Below, piece after piece: positions 26,845 through 36,702 of a stretch of DNA of 57,942 bases. This DNA is from a virus. Lineage: Duplodnaviria > Caudoviricetes. Both the position numbers and the translations under genes were made by a program. Where the stretch lies: the IMG/VR virus record IMGVR_UViG_3300010398_000012, positions 1-57,942 of that record; one strand, 5' to 3'. Numbering within the stretch: the stretch's first letter is position 1; every line of letters starts with the position of its first letter. The notes below the pieces were generated by a model. That model did no database searches. It saw nothing but the letters and a program-made list of their open reading frames with translations, and was not told the origin of the DNA.

Positions 26845-28089
26845 GTGGCCGATGCGTACGTTCAGCTGCCCCCGGACGGGGCCGGGAAAAAGGTTGACAC
26901 GTTCGAACTGCAAGTCGGCGGCAGCACGGTGGAACGGCAGCGGGTCCTGGTCAGCGACCCGGTACCGGCCGGGCCGCACCGGGCTGCCGGGGGGCGGCTG
27001 CTGTTCGTGGAGGACTTCGCGGACGGGTTCGCCGGCATGTACAACGACGGGTGCGGGTCCGCGAGCATTGATCACAACATCCGGTTCAACGGCCGGCCGA
27101 GTGTGCGGCTGGACCCGCAGGGCAACTCCAGCACCTCCAGCGCGACCGGCGGCAACCAGTCCCTCACCCTCGCCGGCTCGGCCGCCACCTACACGCCCAC
27201 CAGCAACGGCACGCTGGTGGGCACGACCACCCAGGCGGGGGCACCGGCGATCAAGACCGGCGGGGTCAACTACATCGTGCTGAACACCCCGGCGGCGGCC
27301 GGGCAGTGGCCCACCGTTTCGGGGAACTCCTGTGTCCTCACCTACACGGGGGCGGTCACCACTGGCGGGGCCGGCAACTGGACCGTCACGTTCACCGGGG
27401 TCAACCTGCTGGCGCTGCCCGGGGCCCCGGAGGTGTCGGTGACCACCGCCAACCAGGGCACCGCCACGATGGCGGCGTGCAACCCGAACCCGAACTGCAC
27501 CGGGTCCCCGCTCACGTCCGGGGTGGTGTTCAAGCGGCGGGTGTGCGACCAGTTCTCGGGCCGGTTCGGGCACTCGTTCTGGTTCCGGCCCACCGGCAAA
27601 TCGGCCGCGACATCCTTTACGTCGGTGTTCACCGGCAGCCTGTACAACCGGGACGGGGTGAACCTGTGGGCGGCCCGGTGCCTCATCCAGACCGCCGTGG
27701 GGATGAACCCGCCCGGCGGGGTGTGGAATAACGACAATCAGATCCTCTGGTACATCACCGGCGTGTCGGCGGGGTTCGTGCTGGTGCCGTTCGCGTTCCT
27801 CACCCGGGCGGCGTTCAACCAGCACTCGTGGGACCCGGTGGGCGGGACGTGGGACCGGGCCGGCGGCTGGCACTACCTCAAGCTGATCGCGGACTTCGCC
27901 GTCACCCAGTACGTGTCGATCCAATTTGATGAGGCGGTGTACACGTCGATGGCCGGGCAGCCGCTGTACCAGGGGATCGGTGATACCGGGGCGAAGATGA
28001 TGCACTTTTCGGTGGAGCTGGCCATGGCGCAGTCGCCAACGCGGCGATTCTGGAACGTCGCCAAAGTCACGGGCACCCAGGAGCAGTAG
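26845..28089 (+). CDS. Probable virion fibre/lectin-like protein
   Basis: GTG 26845; ADAYVQLPPDGAGKKVDT N-terminus; LFVEDF, GWHYLKLIADF (LamG/ConA-like by eye). Confidence 0.7.
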   Translation: MADAYVQLPPDGAGKKVDTFELQVGGSTVERQRVLVSDPVPAGPHRAAGGRLLFVEDFADGFAGMYNDGCGSASIDHNIRFNGRPSVRLDPQGNSSTSSATGGNQSLTLAGSAATYTPTSNGTLVGTTTQAGAPAIKTGGVNYIVLNTPAAAGQWPTVSGNSCVLTYTGAVTTGGAGNWTVTFTGVNLLALPGAPEVSVTTANQGTATMAACNPNPNCTGSPLTSGVVFKRRVCDQFSGRFGHSFWFRPTGKSAATSFTSVFTGSLYNRDGVNLWAARCLIQTAVGMNPPGGVWNNDNQILWYITGVSAGFVLVPFAFLTRAAFNQHSWDPVGGTWDRAGGWHYLKLIADFAVTQYVSIQFDEAVYTSMAGQPLYQGIGDTGAKMMHFSVELAMAQSPTRRFWNVAKVTGTQEQ

Positions 28090-28479
28090 GTGGCACGCAA
28101 GACGCTGGTCAACTGCCTCCAGGCGCTCGGCGTCACCGGCGTGTCGCTGACCACGTCGAACGTCCTCACCGCCGGCGGCAACAGCCAGGAGCTGTATGAT
28201 TTCGCCACCTGCGACGCGGCCCGGTTCTACCTGGACATCACCGCGATCACCGGCACCAGCATCACGTTCGACCTGTACGAGCGGGACCCGGCGACCGGGG
28301 TGTTTTTCAAAAACAATCCCGCGTCGGACCCGCTGTTCGGCGTGGCGATGACCGCCACCAAGGCGGGACTGATCACCACCATCGACCCTGTCTATGCGGA
28401 GGCGTATCAGGTGTTTTGGTCCGGGACCTTCACGTCGGTGACGTGCTCGCTGCTTGCCCAGCTCGTGAACCGGGACTGA
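28090..28479 (+). CDS. Small beta-sandwich virion protein
   Basis: FYLDITAITGTSITF...DP.TG...W.GT; abuts the previous stop. Confidence 0.7.
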   Translation: MARKTLVNCLQALGVTGVSLTTSNVLTAGGNSQELYDFATCDAARFYLDITAITGTSITFDLYERDPATGVFFKNNPASDPLFGVAMTATKAGLITTIDPVYAEAYQVFWSGTFTSVTCSLLAQLVNRD

Positions 28480-28482
28480 CCG

Positions 28483-28620
28483 GTGCTGCTGGCGCTGGCA
28501 CCGCTGTACGAGGTGCCCCGGCTGGTGGGGGCGTACGCCACGGCGGCCGGGCGGGCCGTGGTGGTGGCGGCGGCGGCGGGGACCGAGCCCCGTACCGCCG
28601 TGGTGACGGGCAGGCCGTGA
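28483..28620 (+). CDS. Possible 45-aa protein
   Basis: Manual translation VLLALAPLYEVPRLVG...VVTGRP*; fills the intergenic gap. Confidence 0.4.
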   Translation: MLLALAPLYEVPRLVGAYATAAGRAVVVAAAAGTEPRTAVVTGRP

Positions 28621-28630
28621 GGAGGCGCTG

Positions 28631-29434
28631 ATGCTGTGTCCGGGACAGGTGTATGAGACCACGGTCACCGTGCAGAACATCCCCGGGCCGCCGGCGGCGG
28701 CCACGCTGACCGTCACTAAACCGGACGGCACCACCGAGGCGCACAGCGGGCCGTGGACGTGGACCCAGGCCGGGTCCAACTACACCGCCGCCTACGACTA
28801 CCTGCTAGCCGCCCCGGGGATCCACCGGTTCGCGTGGGTGACCACCAACCCGGGCACCGCGCCGACGCCGGTCACCGAGAACGTCCGCGACTACGCGTCC
28901 GCGCTGTCGATGAACGAGATCAAGGACCACCTCAACATCACCGGCACCCGCGACGATGACGAGCTGGGCGAGTTCCTGATGGCCGCCACCGAGATGCTGG
29001 AGGCCAAATGCGGGATCCTGGTGCCGCGCCAGTTCACCACCCGCGTGGATGAGGGCCGGTACCGGCTGGTGCTGGACACCCGGCCGGTCATCTCGGTGGC
29101 GTCGGTCACCAGCGTGTGGCCCGGCGGGCCGCAGTGGCTGACCGCGCAGCTCCGCTGGGACGCCGACGCGGGGATCGTGGACCAGATCTCGCCGTTCCCG
29201 TTCTACTGGGGGCCGTGGGACGTAGTGCTTACCGCCGGCCGGCCGGTGATCGCGGAGCGGATCCTGTACGCGGGCAAGGAGCAGGTGCGGCACATGTGGG
29301 AGACCCAGCGCGGGTCGATGCCGCCGGCGCTGTTGCAGGGCGAGGAGGAGTTCACCACCACCACTGGGTTCACGTTCACCATCCCGCGCCGCGTTTTGGA
29401 GGCGCTGGAGGCCGACATCATGCCCGCCATCTGA
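28631..29434 (+). CDS. Head-to-tail adaptor (gp6-like) with N-terminal Ig-like domain
   Basis: LTVTKPDGT...GIHRFAW; LSMNEIKDHLNI...DDDEL..FLMAATEMLE..CG; HMWETQRG. Confidence 0.8.
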   Translation: MLCPGQVYETTVTVQNIPGPPAAATLTVTKPDGTTEAHSGPWTWTQAGSNYTAAYDYLLAAPGIHRFAWVTTNPGTAPTPVTENVRDYASALSMNEIKDHLNITGTRDDDELGEFLMAATEMLEAKCGILVPRQFTTRVDEGRYRLVLDTRPVISVASVTSVWPGGPQWLTAQLRWDADAGIVDQISPFPFYWGPWDVVLTAGRPVIAERILYAGKEQVRHMWETQRGSMPPALLQGEEEFTTTTGFTFTIPRRVLEALEADIMPAI

Positions 29435-29450
29435 GCAGAGGAGACGCCTG

Positions 29451-29918
29451 GTGTCCTGGGCATCGACGTACCCGGCCGCGCAGGCCGCGCTGCTGGCCCT
29501 GTGCCAGGCCGGCATCGACCTGGACGGCGAGGTGCGCGACGGCCCGCAGGTGACCAACTCGGCCGCCCTGGAGGTGATCGTCATCGGCTACGTCACCACC
29601 GCTGACGACACCGCCGCTGACGGCAGTTTCGGCACCGGGGACATGGGCCAGGCGTCGGTGGAGGAGACGTTCACCATCCACAACGCCCTGGGGGTCCTGT
29701 CCGGGTCGGCGGACCCCGAGGCCATCGCCGCCGGCCGGGCCCGGGTGTTTGAGCTGCACGCGGACGTGGGCGCGCTGCTGGCCGCCAACCGGGGCCTGGG
29801 CGGCGTGGTGATGCAGGCCGAGATGGGGCCGTGGACGCTGCGCGAGGACACCGAGTCCGGCGGGTACCGGGCGGAGCTGCGGTTCAGCGTGGACTGCCGG
29901 GCCTTCACCCAGCGGTAG
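29451..29918 (+). CDS. Probable tail terminator/completion protein
   Basis: VRDGP...IVIG...EE.F.I...RARVFEL...LGG.V; position in the gene order. Confidence 0.65.
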   Translation: MSWASTYPAAQAALLALCQAGIDLDGEVRDGPQVTNSAALEVIVIGYVTTADDTAADGSFGTGDMGQASVEETFTIHNALGVLSGSADPEAIAAGRARVFELHADVGALLAANRGLGGVVMQAEMGPWTLREDTESGGYRAELRFSVDCRAFTQR

Positions 29919-30038
29919 GGCCTCCCGGGCCCGGGAGGTGGCCCGGGGCTGACGAGACCCAGGGGCTAGGTGGTCATCCACATGGCCCCACGACGGGCCA
30001 CCCCCGCCATTGTCACTCAACCCCGAGGAGGGGCGGCG

Positions 30039-30410
30039 ATGACCGCTGCACTTGTCACACAGAGTTTCCCCAAGGCCGGCGGCGCCATCGCCTACGCCAC
30101 CACCGGCGGATCCGGTGCGTTCCTGCTGACCACCACCGGCAACACGGCCCCGACCGGGCCGGGGATCGCGCTGCTGGTCAAAAACGGGTCCGCGTCCCCG
30201 ATCACCGTCAACCTGGTCGTGCCCACGGCGATCACCGCCGATGGGCTGCCGGTCACCACGCCGTTCCCGGTGACGGTGGCCAACGGCGCCGACGAGATTA
30301 TCCCGCTGTCCGCGACCCGGTACGCGGACCCGTCGATCGGCGGCCTGTGCACGTTCGGGTTCTCCGCCACGCCGACAACGGTGTCTGTCGCCGCCATCTC
30401 CACGAACTGA
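30039..30410 (+). CDS. Virion structural protein
   Basis: GAGGAG RBS; LLVKNGSASPITV...DG.P...VTV. Confidence 0.7.
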   Translation: MTAALVTQSFPKAGGAIAYATTGGSGAFLLTTTGNTAPTGPGIALLVKNGSASPITVNLVVPTAITADGLPVTTPFPVTVANGADEIIPLSATRYADPSIGGLCTFGFSATPTTVSVAAISTN

Positions 30411-30421
30411 GGAGCCCTGCG

Positions 30422-30694
30422 ATGACTGAAGCACACGACCCGCTGGACCCGGGGTTCGTCCGGATGATTCACCCGGCCACCGGCAACATCGCGGACATGG
30501 CCGTGGGCGCCACCGGCCTGTTTTACGCCGCCGGGTGGGTGGACCTGACCGAGGAGACGATGCCGGCGGCGGCGGAGGAGCCCGAGCCGCCGCCGCCGAT
30601 GAGTGAGGCGGCGGCCCGCGACCAGCGGGAGGGCACCGCACCCGCCCGTGGGCGGCGTCGTGCCGCGACCAGCCAAACCAGCGCGGAGGAGTGA
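30422..30694 (+). CDS. Hypothetical protein
   Basis: GAGGAG RBS; VRMIHP...AAGW motif plus low-complexity tail. Confidence 0.65.
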   Translation: MTEAHDPLDPGFVRMIHPATGNIADMAVGATGLFYAAGWVDLTEETMPAAAEEPEPPPPMSEAAARDQREGTAPARGRRRAATSQTSAEE

Positions 30695-30700
30695 CCCGGA

Positions 30701-31189
30701 ATGCCCCCAACACCCTTGAACCCGACCAGCCGGTTCACCCCGCCCGGGGTCCGGAAAATCTACTGGCTGCCCGCCATCGCCGCCTACGCCACCGGCGCGA
30801 CCCGCACGGAGATAAACGGCGGCATAGACCTGACCAACGAGGTGGCCGGCGTCACCGGGTTCACCGTGGCGTCCAACTCGGTGGAAGTCCCGGACCTGTC
30901 CAGCCGGTTCTCCGCCCGGGTGCCCGGCCGGATCACCGCCGCCGACCCCTCCTCGCTGATGTTCTACCAGGACCAGACCTCCAACGACGTGCGCGGCGTG
31001 CTGCCCCGCGACACCGCCGGGTTTACCGCGTTCTTGTGGGAGGGCGACATTTCGGGCCGCAAGTACGACATCTTCCCGGTCAAGGTGTCGTCGGTGTCGC
31101 CGCAGGGGGACATGGAGAACCCGCAGCAAACGGAGGTGGCGTTCTCGATCACGCGGGTGCCCGCGCAGAACCTGGTGGTCCCGCCGTAA
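30701..31189 (+). CDS. Major tail tube protein
   Basis: KIYWLPAIA...TRTEINGGIDLT..V..V.GF...PDL.SRF...PGR; precedes the tail assembly chaperone. Confidence 0.85.
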   Translation: MPPTPLNPTSRFTPPGVRKIYWLPAIAAYATGATRTEINGGIDLTNEVAGVTGFTVASNSVEVPDLSSRFSARVPGRITAADPSSLMFYQDQTSNDVRGVLPRDTAGFTAFLWEGDISGRKYDIFPVKVSSVSPQGDMENPQQTEVAFSITRVPAQNLVVPP

Positions 31190-31300
31190 TGACGCGGCCC
31201 CCGGTGACTGGCCATCGAACCCGGGAGCCGCGCCCGGCGGAACACGGTGGGACCGTCTGCCGCACGGGGGACCATCACCATACACCGTGGAAAGGCCAGC

Positions 31301-31762
31301 ATGATGACCAGCGAGAACGGCAGCCGCAAGTATGACCTCCCCGAGGGCGTCACGCTGCTGAGCAAACAGCAGATCGTGGTAGCGGATGACATCCTTACCC
31401 AGGTGGTCCGGGTGCCCGAGTGGAAAGCCGCAAGTGGCGCGGATGCGGTGCTGGTGCGTGGCATGACCGGGCAGGGCCGCGACGACTATTTCAAGTCGAT
31501 GGCCCGGATGCGCCGGGGCCAGCAGGTCGCGGACCCGGAGAACGCCACCGCGAAGCTGTGCGCGCTGTGCATCATCGACCCGGACACCGACCAGCCGATG
31601 TTCACGGCGGCGGAGGTGGGGGTGCTGGGCCGCAAGTCCGCCGCCGCGCTGCACCGGGTGGAAGAGGTCGCCATGGCACTGTCCGGGCTGGACGATGAGA
31701 CGATGGCCGAACTGGGAAAAGCCTCCGCGAGCACCCCGAGCGCCAGTTCTACTTCCGGCTAG
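31301..31762 (+). CDS. Tail assembly chaperone (gpG-like)
   Basis: VRVPEW...VLVRGMTG..RD...F.A.EV..LG.KS.AAL...LSG; ends with a slippery site. Confidence 0.85.
   Translation: MMTSENGSRKYDLPEGVTLLSKQQIVVADDILTQVVRVPEWKAASGADAVLVRGMTGQGRDDYFKSMARMRRGQQVADPENATAKLCALCIIDPDTDQPMFTAAEVGVLGRKSAAALHRVEEVAMALSGLDDETMAELGKASASTPSASSTSG
31714..31720 (+). other. -1 programmed ribosomal frameshift site G GGA AAA
   Basis: In-frame X XXY YYZ heptamer; the -1 frame reads SLREHPERQFYFRLAHELGGLTVAALLARISSTELAEW. Confidence 0.85.
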
Positions 31763-31974
31763 CGCACGAACTGGGCGGCCTGACCGTGGCCGCGCTGCTG
31801 GCCCGCATCTCCTCCACCGAGCTGGCCGAGTGGATGCACTACTTCACCGACCTGGACGCGGCGATGGAGGCCGCCCGCGACGGCAAGGGCCCGCCGAAGC
31901 AGGCGGCGGACGGGACGCCGCTGACCACGCCGGACGGACGGCCGCTGAACATGCGCGGCACAGGAATGGGGTGA
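31720..31974 (+). CDS. Frameshifted extension of tail assembly chaperone (gpGT-like)
   Basis: LA.ELG..TV.ELL..ISS.EL.EW-type pattern. Confidence 0.8.
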   Translation, partial: SLREHPERQFYFRLAHELGGLTVAALLARISSTELAEWMHYFTDLDAAMEAARDGKGPPKQAADGTPLTTPDGRPLNMRGTGMG

Positions 31975-31980
31975 TGCGGC

Positions 31981-32544
31981 GTGGCGGTGGTGCTGACCGG
32001 GCCCGGCGTGGGTGAGATGAAGGCGCTGGCGGTGAAGCTGCGGGAGGCCGACCCGCGACTGCGGCGGGCGCTGCTGGCCCGGTTCCGGCAGGCCGGGGCG
32101 CCGATCGTCCGGGACGTGCAGGTGTCGATCCTGGACATGCCCGCCGAGCACTACCCGCAGGCGGGGCTGCGCGCCGAAGTCGCCAGGACGGTGTTCGCCT
32201 CCGCCGGGGTCACCCGGTCCGGGGTGCGGCTGGACATCGTGTCGGCGGGGCGGCGGATGCCCGCCGGGAAGCAGAACCTGCCGAACCTGCTGAACCAGCC
32301 GGGCGGGTTCTACCATCCGGTGTTCGCCCGGGGGGCGCGGTTCACCATGGGCCGGTCCCGGGCCAAGAGGTACGCGCGCAAGCCGGTGTTCCTGCGGCCG
32401 ATGGTCAAACGCGGCGCGTGGGAGTGGACGCATCAGCAGGGCAAGCCGCATTGGTTTGAGGAGCCGGTTGCCCGGTCCGCCAATGACGTGCGGGTGGCGT
32501 GTGAGGCGGCGCTGGAAGAGGTGAAACGGAGCCTGGAGGTTTAG
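31981..32544 (+). CDS. Basic tail-associated protein (HK97 gp10-like)
   Basis: LR..VA...HPVF...W..Q.GKP.WF; position. Confidence 0.65.
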   Translation: MAVVLTGPGVGEMKALAVKLREADPRLRRALLARFRQAGAPIVRDVQVSILDMPAEHYPQAGLRAEVARTVFASAGVTRSGVRLDIVSAGRRMPAGKQNLPNLLNQPGGFYHPVFARGARFTMGRSRAKRYARKPVFLRPMVKRGAWEWTHQQGKPHWFEEPVARSANDVRVACEAALEEVKRSLEV

Positions 32545-33098
32545 CCCCCGGGCGGGATCGGGTCCTCTGCCGAGCGGGCATGGGCGGCGATCTCGGCCAG
32601 TACCCGCTCCCGGACCTGGGCAACCACATCGGAGGACAGGTCCCGGAACCCGGCGGTCACCTCTGCCTGGACGATCGCCGCCACGGTGGGCGCGTCGCGG
32701 CCGTGGGCGAACCCACCCGAATGCGGGTCGGTGAGCTGCCGGGCGTACTCGCGGTCGATCCGCGCGGCCAGGGTGAGCTGCCCGTCCGTCAGCGTCGCCG
32801 GGTTCGTGGTGGCCATCAGCGCGGCGATGCGGGCCCGGACGTGGTCGCGGATCTCCTCATCGGTGATCGCCGCGAACCGGACCCGGAGGGCCGCCTCCAG
32901 CAGCGGGCCGCCGGCGCGGTCCAGCAGCCGCTCCGCGACCAGCTCCCCGAGGGCGACGGTACGCTGCTCGGGTGCCTCACCCTCACCGGCCCAGTCCTCA
33001 TCCACACCGGGAGGCGGCAGGTCCCAGACGCGCACCGGGCTGTCCAGGTCGATGTTCAGCGTGACCGTCATCTGCACAACTTCCGGCAGCGAAGCCAT
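32541..33098 (-). CDS. Antisense hypothetical protein inserted in the tail operon
   Basis: AAAGGA RBS before ATG 33098; helical protein. Confidence 0.65.
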   Translation of the reverse strand: MASLPEVVQMTVTLNIDLDSPVRVWDLPPPGVDEDWAGEGEAPEQRTVALGELVAERLLDRAGGPLLEAALRVRFAAITDEEIRDHVRARIAALMATTNPATLTDGQLTLAARIDREYARQLTDPHSGGFAHGRDAPTVAAIVQAEVTAGFRDLSSDVVAQVRERVLAEIAAHARSAEDPIPPGG

Positions 33099-33282
33099 CC
33101 CCGGTGTCCTTTCCCACGGCGGTTCCCCGCAAGGGTACGCCCGTGCCGTCACGTGGCCCCGTCCCGCCACGCCAGGGCCGGGGCCACCCCAAGGTGTGCG
33201 GGCCGGGCCTGGGGCGGCCGTGGGGCCACCGGGCGTCGCCGCCTAGTTGACCGGGGGGGGCGGATAGGGTGGCAGGAAAAGC

Positions 33283-33322
33283 GGCCCCGGCTGGTGTAAC
33301 GAGCACCAGGGGTTCCGGGGCC
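33283..33322 (+). promoter_or_regulatory. Stem-loop upstream of HNH gene
   Basis: GGCCCCGG-CTGGTG...CACCAG-gggtt-CCGGGGCC. Confidence 0.45.
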
Positions 33323-33344
33323 TGGCCGCATCGGAGGTGCGACC

Positions 33345-33635
33345 GTGGCCCAGTCTGCCACCAAGCGGTGCCGGAAGTGTCGCGCCGTCAGGCCGCTCAG
33401 CGAGTTCCACTATGGCGCCGTGTGCGCGTGCTGCGGCCGGGCCGACAATCTGTCGATCGACCACGTCAACGGAGATGGCCGCGAGCACCGGGAGGAGATT
33501 TTCGGCCGTCAGGGCGGCGGCGTGGAGTTCTACTACTGGCTTGTGACTACCGGGTTCCCGGACGGTTTCCAGACCCTGTGCCGCTCCTGTAATCAGAGCA
33601 AGGGCAGAGGCAGGAGGTGCCGCTTGGCCCACTAG
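33345..33635 (+). CDS. HNH-type endonuclease (short)
   Basis: CRKC...LSEFH, YG.VCACCG...LSIDHVNGDG..HR...FY.WL...FP..FQTLCRSCNQSK; GGAGGT RBS. Confidence 0.8.
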   Translation: MAQSATKRCRKCRAVRPLSEFHYGAVCACCGRADNLSIDHVNGDGREHREEIFGRQGGGVEFYYWLVTTGFPDGFQTLCRSCNQSKGRGRRCRLAH

Positions 33636-33652
33636 AGGGAGGTGGTTAGCGC

Positions 33653-36600
33653 ATGGCCACGACCTTGCGCTTCCCATCGTTCTTCTAGGAGACGATCGGG
33701 CGTCGGCGGCGTTCTCCCGGTTCGCCCGGCAGGTGGACAACACCAACCACGCGATCGACCGGAACGCGGTGTCGCTGCGGAAGCAGCAGGCGGCCCAGGA
33801 GTCCGCCGGCGGCAGCCTGATCAAGTTCGTCGGGACGATCACCGGGTTCGGGGACGCGTCCTCCGCCGCGTCGCGCAAGTCCGGCATCCTGCCCCGGATC
33901 ATCGCCGCGATCGGGCTGGGCACCGGCCCGGCCGAGGCGGCGCTGTCGGCGCTGGTCGGCACGGTCGGGTCGCTGACGGCGGCGGTCACCGCCGGCGCGG
34001 CTGGGCTGCTGGCCTACGGGCTGGCGCTGAAACCGCTGCTCACCCAGGCCGGGTCCGTGGTCAAGGCACAGGCCACGCTGGACACTGCCCGCGCACGGGC
34101 GCAGGCGCAGTATGCCGGGGCGCTGAAGGCTGGCGTTGGGCAGCAGACGGCGGCGGCGGCCAAGACCAAGGCGCTCCAGGCCGCGCAGGCGCAGTACAAC
34201 GCCACGGTAGGGCAGGCGCCGCCGGCGGTGCGGGCGTTCGGCAAGGAGCTGACCGCCGCGCAGACCGCCTACCACAACTGGGCCACGTCGCTGGCCGGGC
34301 CGGTGCTGGAGCCGCTGCGGATCGGCCTGACGATCGTGAAGCCGCTGCTGCACGACCTGTCGCCGCTGGCGGTCCAGGCCGCCAAGGCGCTGTCCGAGCT
34401 GGCCCTGTCGGCGGCCAACGCGGTGAAGTCGTCGGGGTTCCAGCAGTGGCTCAAGCAGATCACCCCGCTGATCTTCCCCGTGATCTCCGGGCTGGGCCAC
34501 GCCATCGGCAACATCATCGTGGGGTTCGGCAACATCGTCAAAGCGTTCACCCCGTTCGCCGGGACCGTGATCGCCGGGCTGGACCGGCTGACCAAACGGT
34601 TCCGCGACTGGTCGCAGAACCTGAGCCAGCACTCGGGGTTCCAGGCGATGCTCGGCCAGTGGCAGACCATCTGGCCGAAGGTCCGGCAAGCGATGGGGCA
34701 GGCGCTGACGGTCATCATCAACATCGTCAAGGCGTGGGCGTCGATGACCACCGGCGGCAACTCGCAGTGGATGTGGAACGTGGCGAACCCGCTGCTGGCG
34801 CTGCTGCGGCAACTGTCGGGGCACCCGGCGATCGTGCAACTGTTCACGTACATGTACCTGGCCAGCAAGGGCGCGGGGCAGCTCAAGAACATTCTCGATT
34901 CGGCCAAGAGCGGGTGGGGCGCGGTTACCCGGTTCATCGCCCTGATCACCGGCGGCAAGGTCCAGCTCGGCATGCAGGGCGCCGGGGACACGATGCTGGC
35001 GGCGTCGCGGAACATGCTGGTGGCCGCTGACCGGATGGCTGCCGCCGCTCCCGGCGCGGCGGCAGGCGGCGCGGCAGCCGGGGCGGAGGGCGGCGCGGCG
35101 GCCGGGGCGGCGGCGCGGGGCGGCCTGATCGGCCGGGCGCTGTCGCTGCTTGGGCCGATCGGCATCCCGGTGTTCGCCACCATGCACATCCGGCTGCCCG
35201 GCCAGGGGCAGACCATCTGGCAGGGCGTGGTGGCGTCCTTTGAGCGGTACGTCGGCGGCCCGATCACCGGCTGGTTTGAGTCGGCATTCACCCCCGGCGG
35301 GAAGATCAACCAGGCGCTGCTGGCCGGGTGGAACCGGATGTGGCACGGGATCGTGTCCGGGACCGGGTCGGCGTTCTCCCCCGGCGGCGCACTCAACCAG
35401 TCGCTGCTGCGGGCGTTCTCGGGGGCGGCCCGGTGGCTGGTCCGCACCGGCGGCGACATCGTGTCCGGGCTGTCGTCGGGGATTCACCGGGCCTGGTCGG
35501 CGTTCATCAATTTCTGGACCGGCCTGCCGGGGCGGCTGATCCACTCGTTCATGTCCCTGTTCGGCATCGGCTCCCCGTCCAAGGTGATGGCGGGGATCGG
35601 CCGGGACATCATCCTCGGGCTGGGGCGCGGCGTGCAGCTCGCCTGGGCCGGCCTGTTCGCGTGGCTGCGGCGCATCCCCGGGTGGATCCTGGGGATCTTT
35701 AACGGCGCGGGCCGGTGGCTGGTCCGGTCCGGGCAGAACATCATCGGCGGCCTGGCGAACGGCATCGCCGCCGGGTGGCGGACGGTGTCCCGGTGGTTCG
35801 GCGGCCTGCCGGGCCGGCTGACCGCGTTTTTCCGGGGGTCGCTGCGGTGGCTGTTCGGCGGCGGCCAGGACGTGATTCAGGGCCTGTACAACGGCATCCT
35901 GTCGATCTGGCACAAGGTCACGGCGTTCATCACCGGCATCCCCGGGTGGATCAAGGCGCACAAGGGGCCGCTGTCGCTGGACGCCCAGCTGCTGGTCCCG
36001 GCAGGTAAGGCGATCATGTCCGGGCTGCACCTGGGGCTGCTGACCGGCGCCGGCGGACCGCTCGGGTTCTTGTCCGGCCTGGCGGGCACCATCGGGGACC
36101 TGGTCGCCGGGGGGCTCGGCGGGCTGCTGAAAAAACTGCGCGGCACACCCAGCGGCGGCGGCCCGTCCGTGCAGATCGGCCGGGTGCTCGCGGCGGCGAT
36201 GGGCTGGACCGGCGCCCAGTTCTCCGCCCTGTTCAACCTGTGGATGGGGGAAAGCGGTTGGCGCTGGAACGCCTTGAATGCCTCATCGGGGGCGTACGGG
36301 ATCCCGCAGAGCTTGCCCGCGTCCAAGATGGCGGCAGCCGGGGCCGACTGGCGGACCAACCCGGCGACGCAGATCCGGTGGGGCCTCGCTTACATCAAGT
36401 CGGTGTATGGGTCGCCGCTGAACGCATACCGGATGTGGCTGGCCCGCAGCCCGCACTGGTACGAGCGCGGGTCCTGGTCGGTGCCGGTGACCGGCCCGGC
36501 GACCGTCCACCGTGGGGAAATGATCTTGCCGCAGCCGCTGGCGGAGGCGGTGCGGCAGGTGCTCACCGGCGGCGACGGCGGCAGCCGGCATGGGGCCCCG

Positions 36601-36702
36601 GTTTTGAACGTCGGCACGCTGAACGTCACCAGCCAGGCCGACGCGATCCTGCTGGCCCGGTCGGCAACGTTCTACTGGCGGCACGCCGGGGGGATGGGAT
36701 GA
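33653..36702 (+). CDS. Tape measure protein with C-terminal lytic transglycosylase; apparent 1-nt frameshift at about 33674 (intact frame from GTG 33733)
   Basis: Long Ala/Gly helical Trp/Phe repeats, IGSPSKVM, LWMGESGWRWNA.N.SSGAYGIPQ.LP.SKM..AG.DWRTNPATQIRWGL.YI..YGSP. Confidence 0.92.

Noticed and set aside
29921-29938. Perfect 18-bp palindrome CCTCCCGGGCCCGGGAGG
   Set aside because: Single GC-rich copy after a stop codon; at most an ordinary terminator or processing stem.
33247-33270. TTGACC-G8-TAGGGT as a phase-variable promoter
   Set aside because: Spacer is only 12 nt, too far from 17-18 for simple slippage; unsupported without read data.
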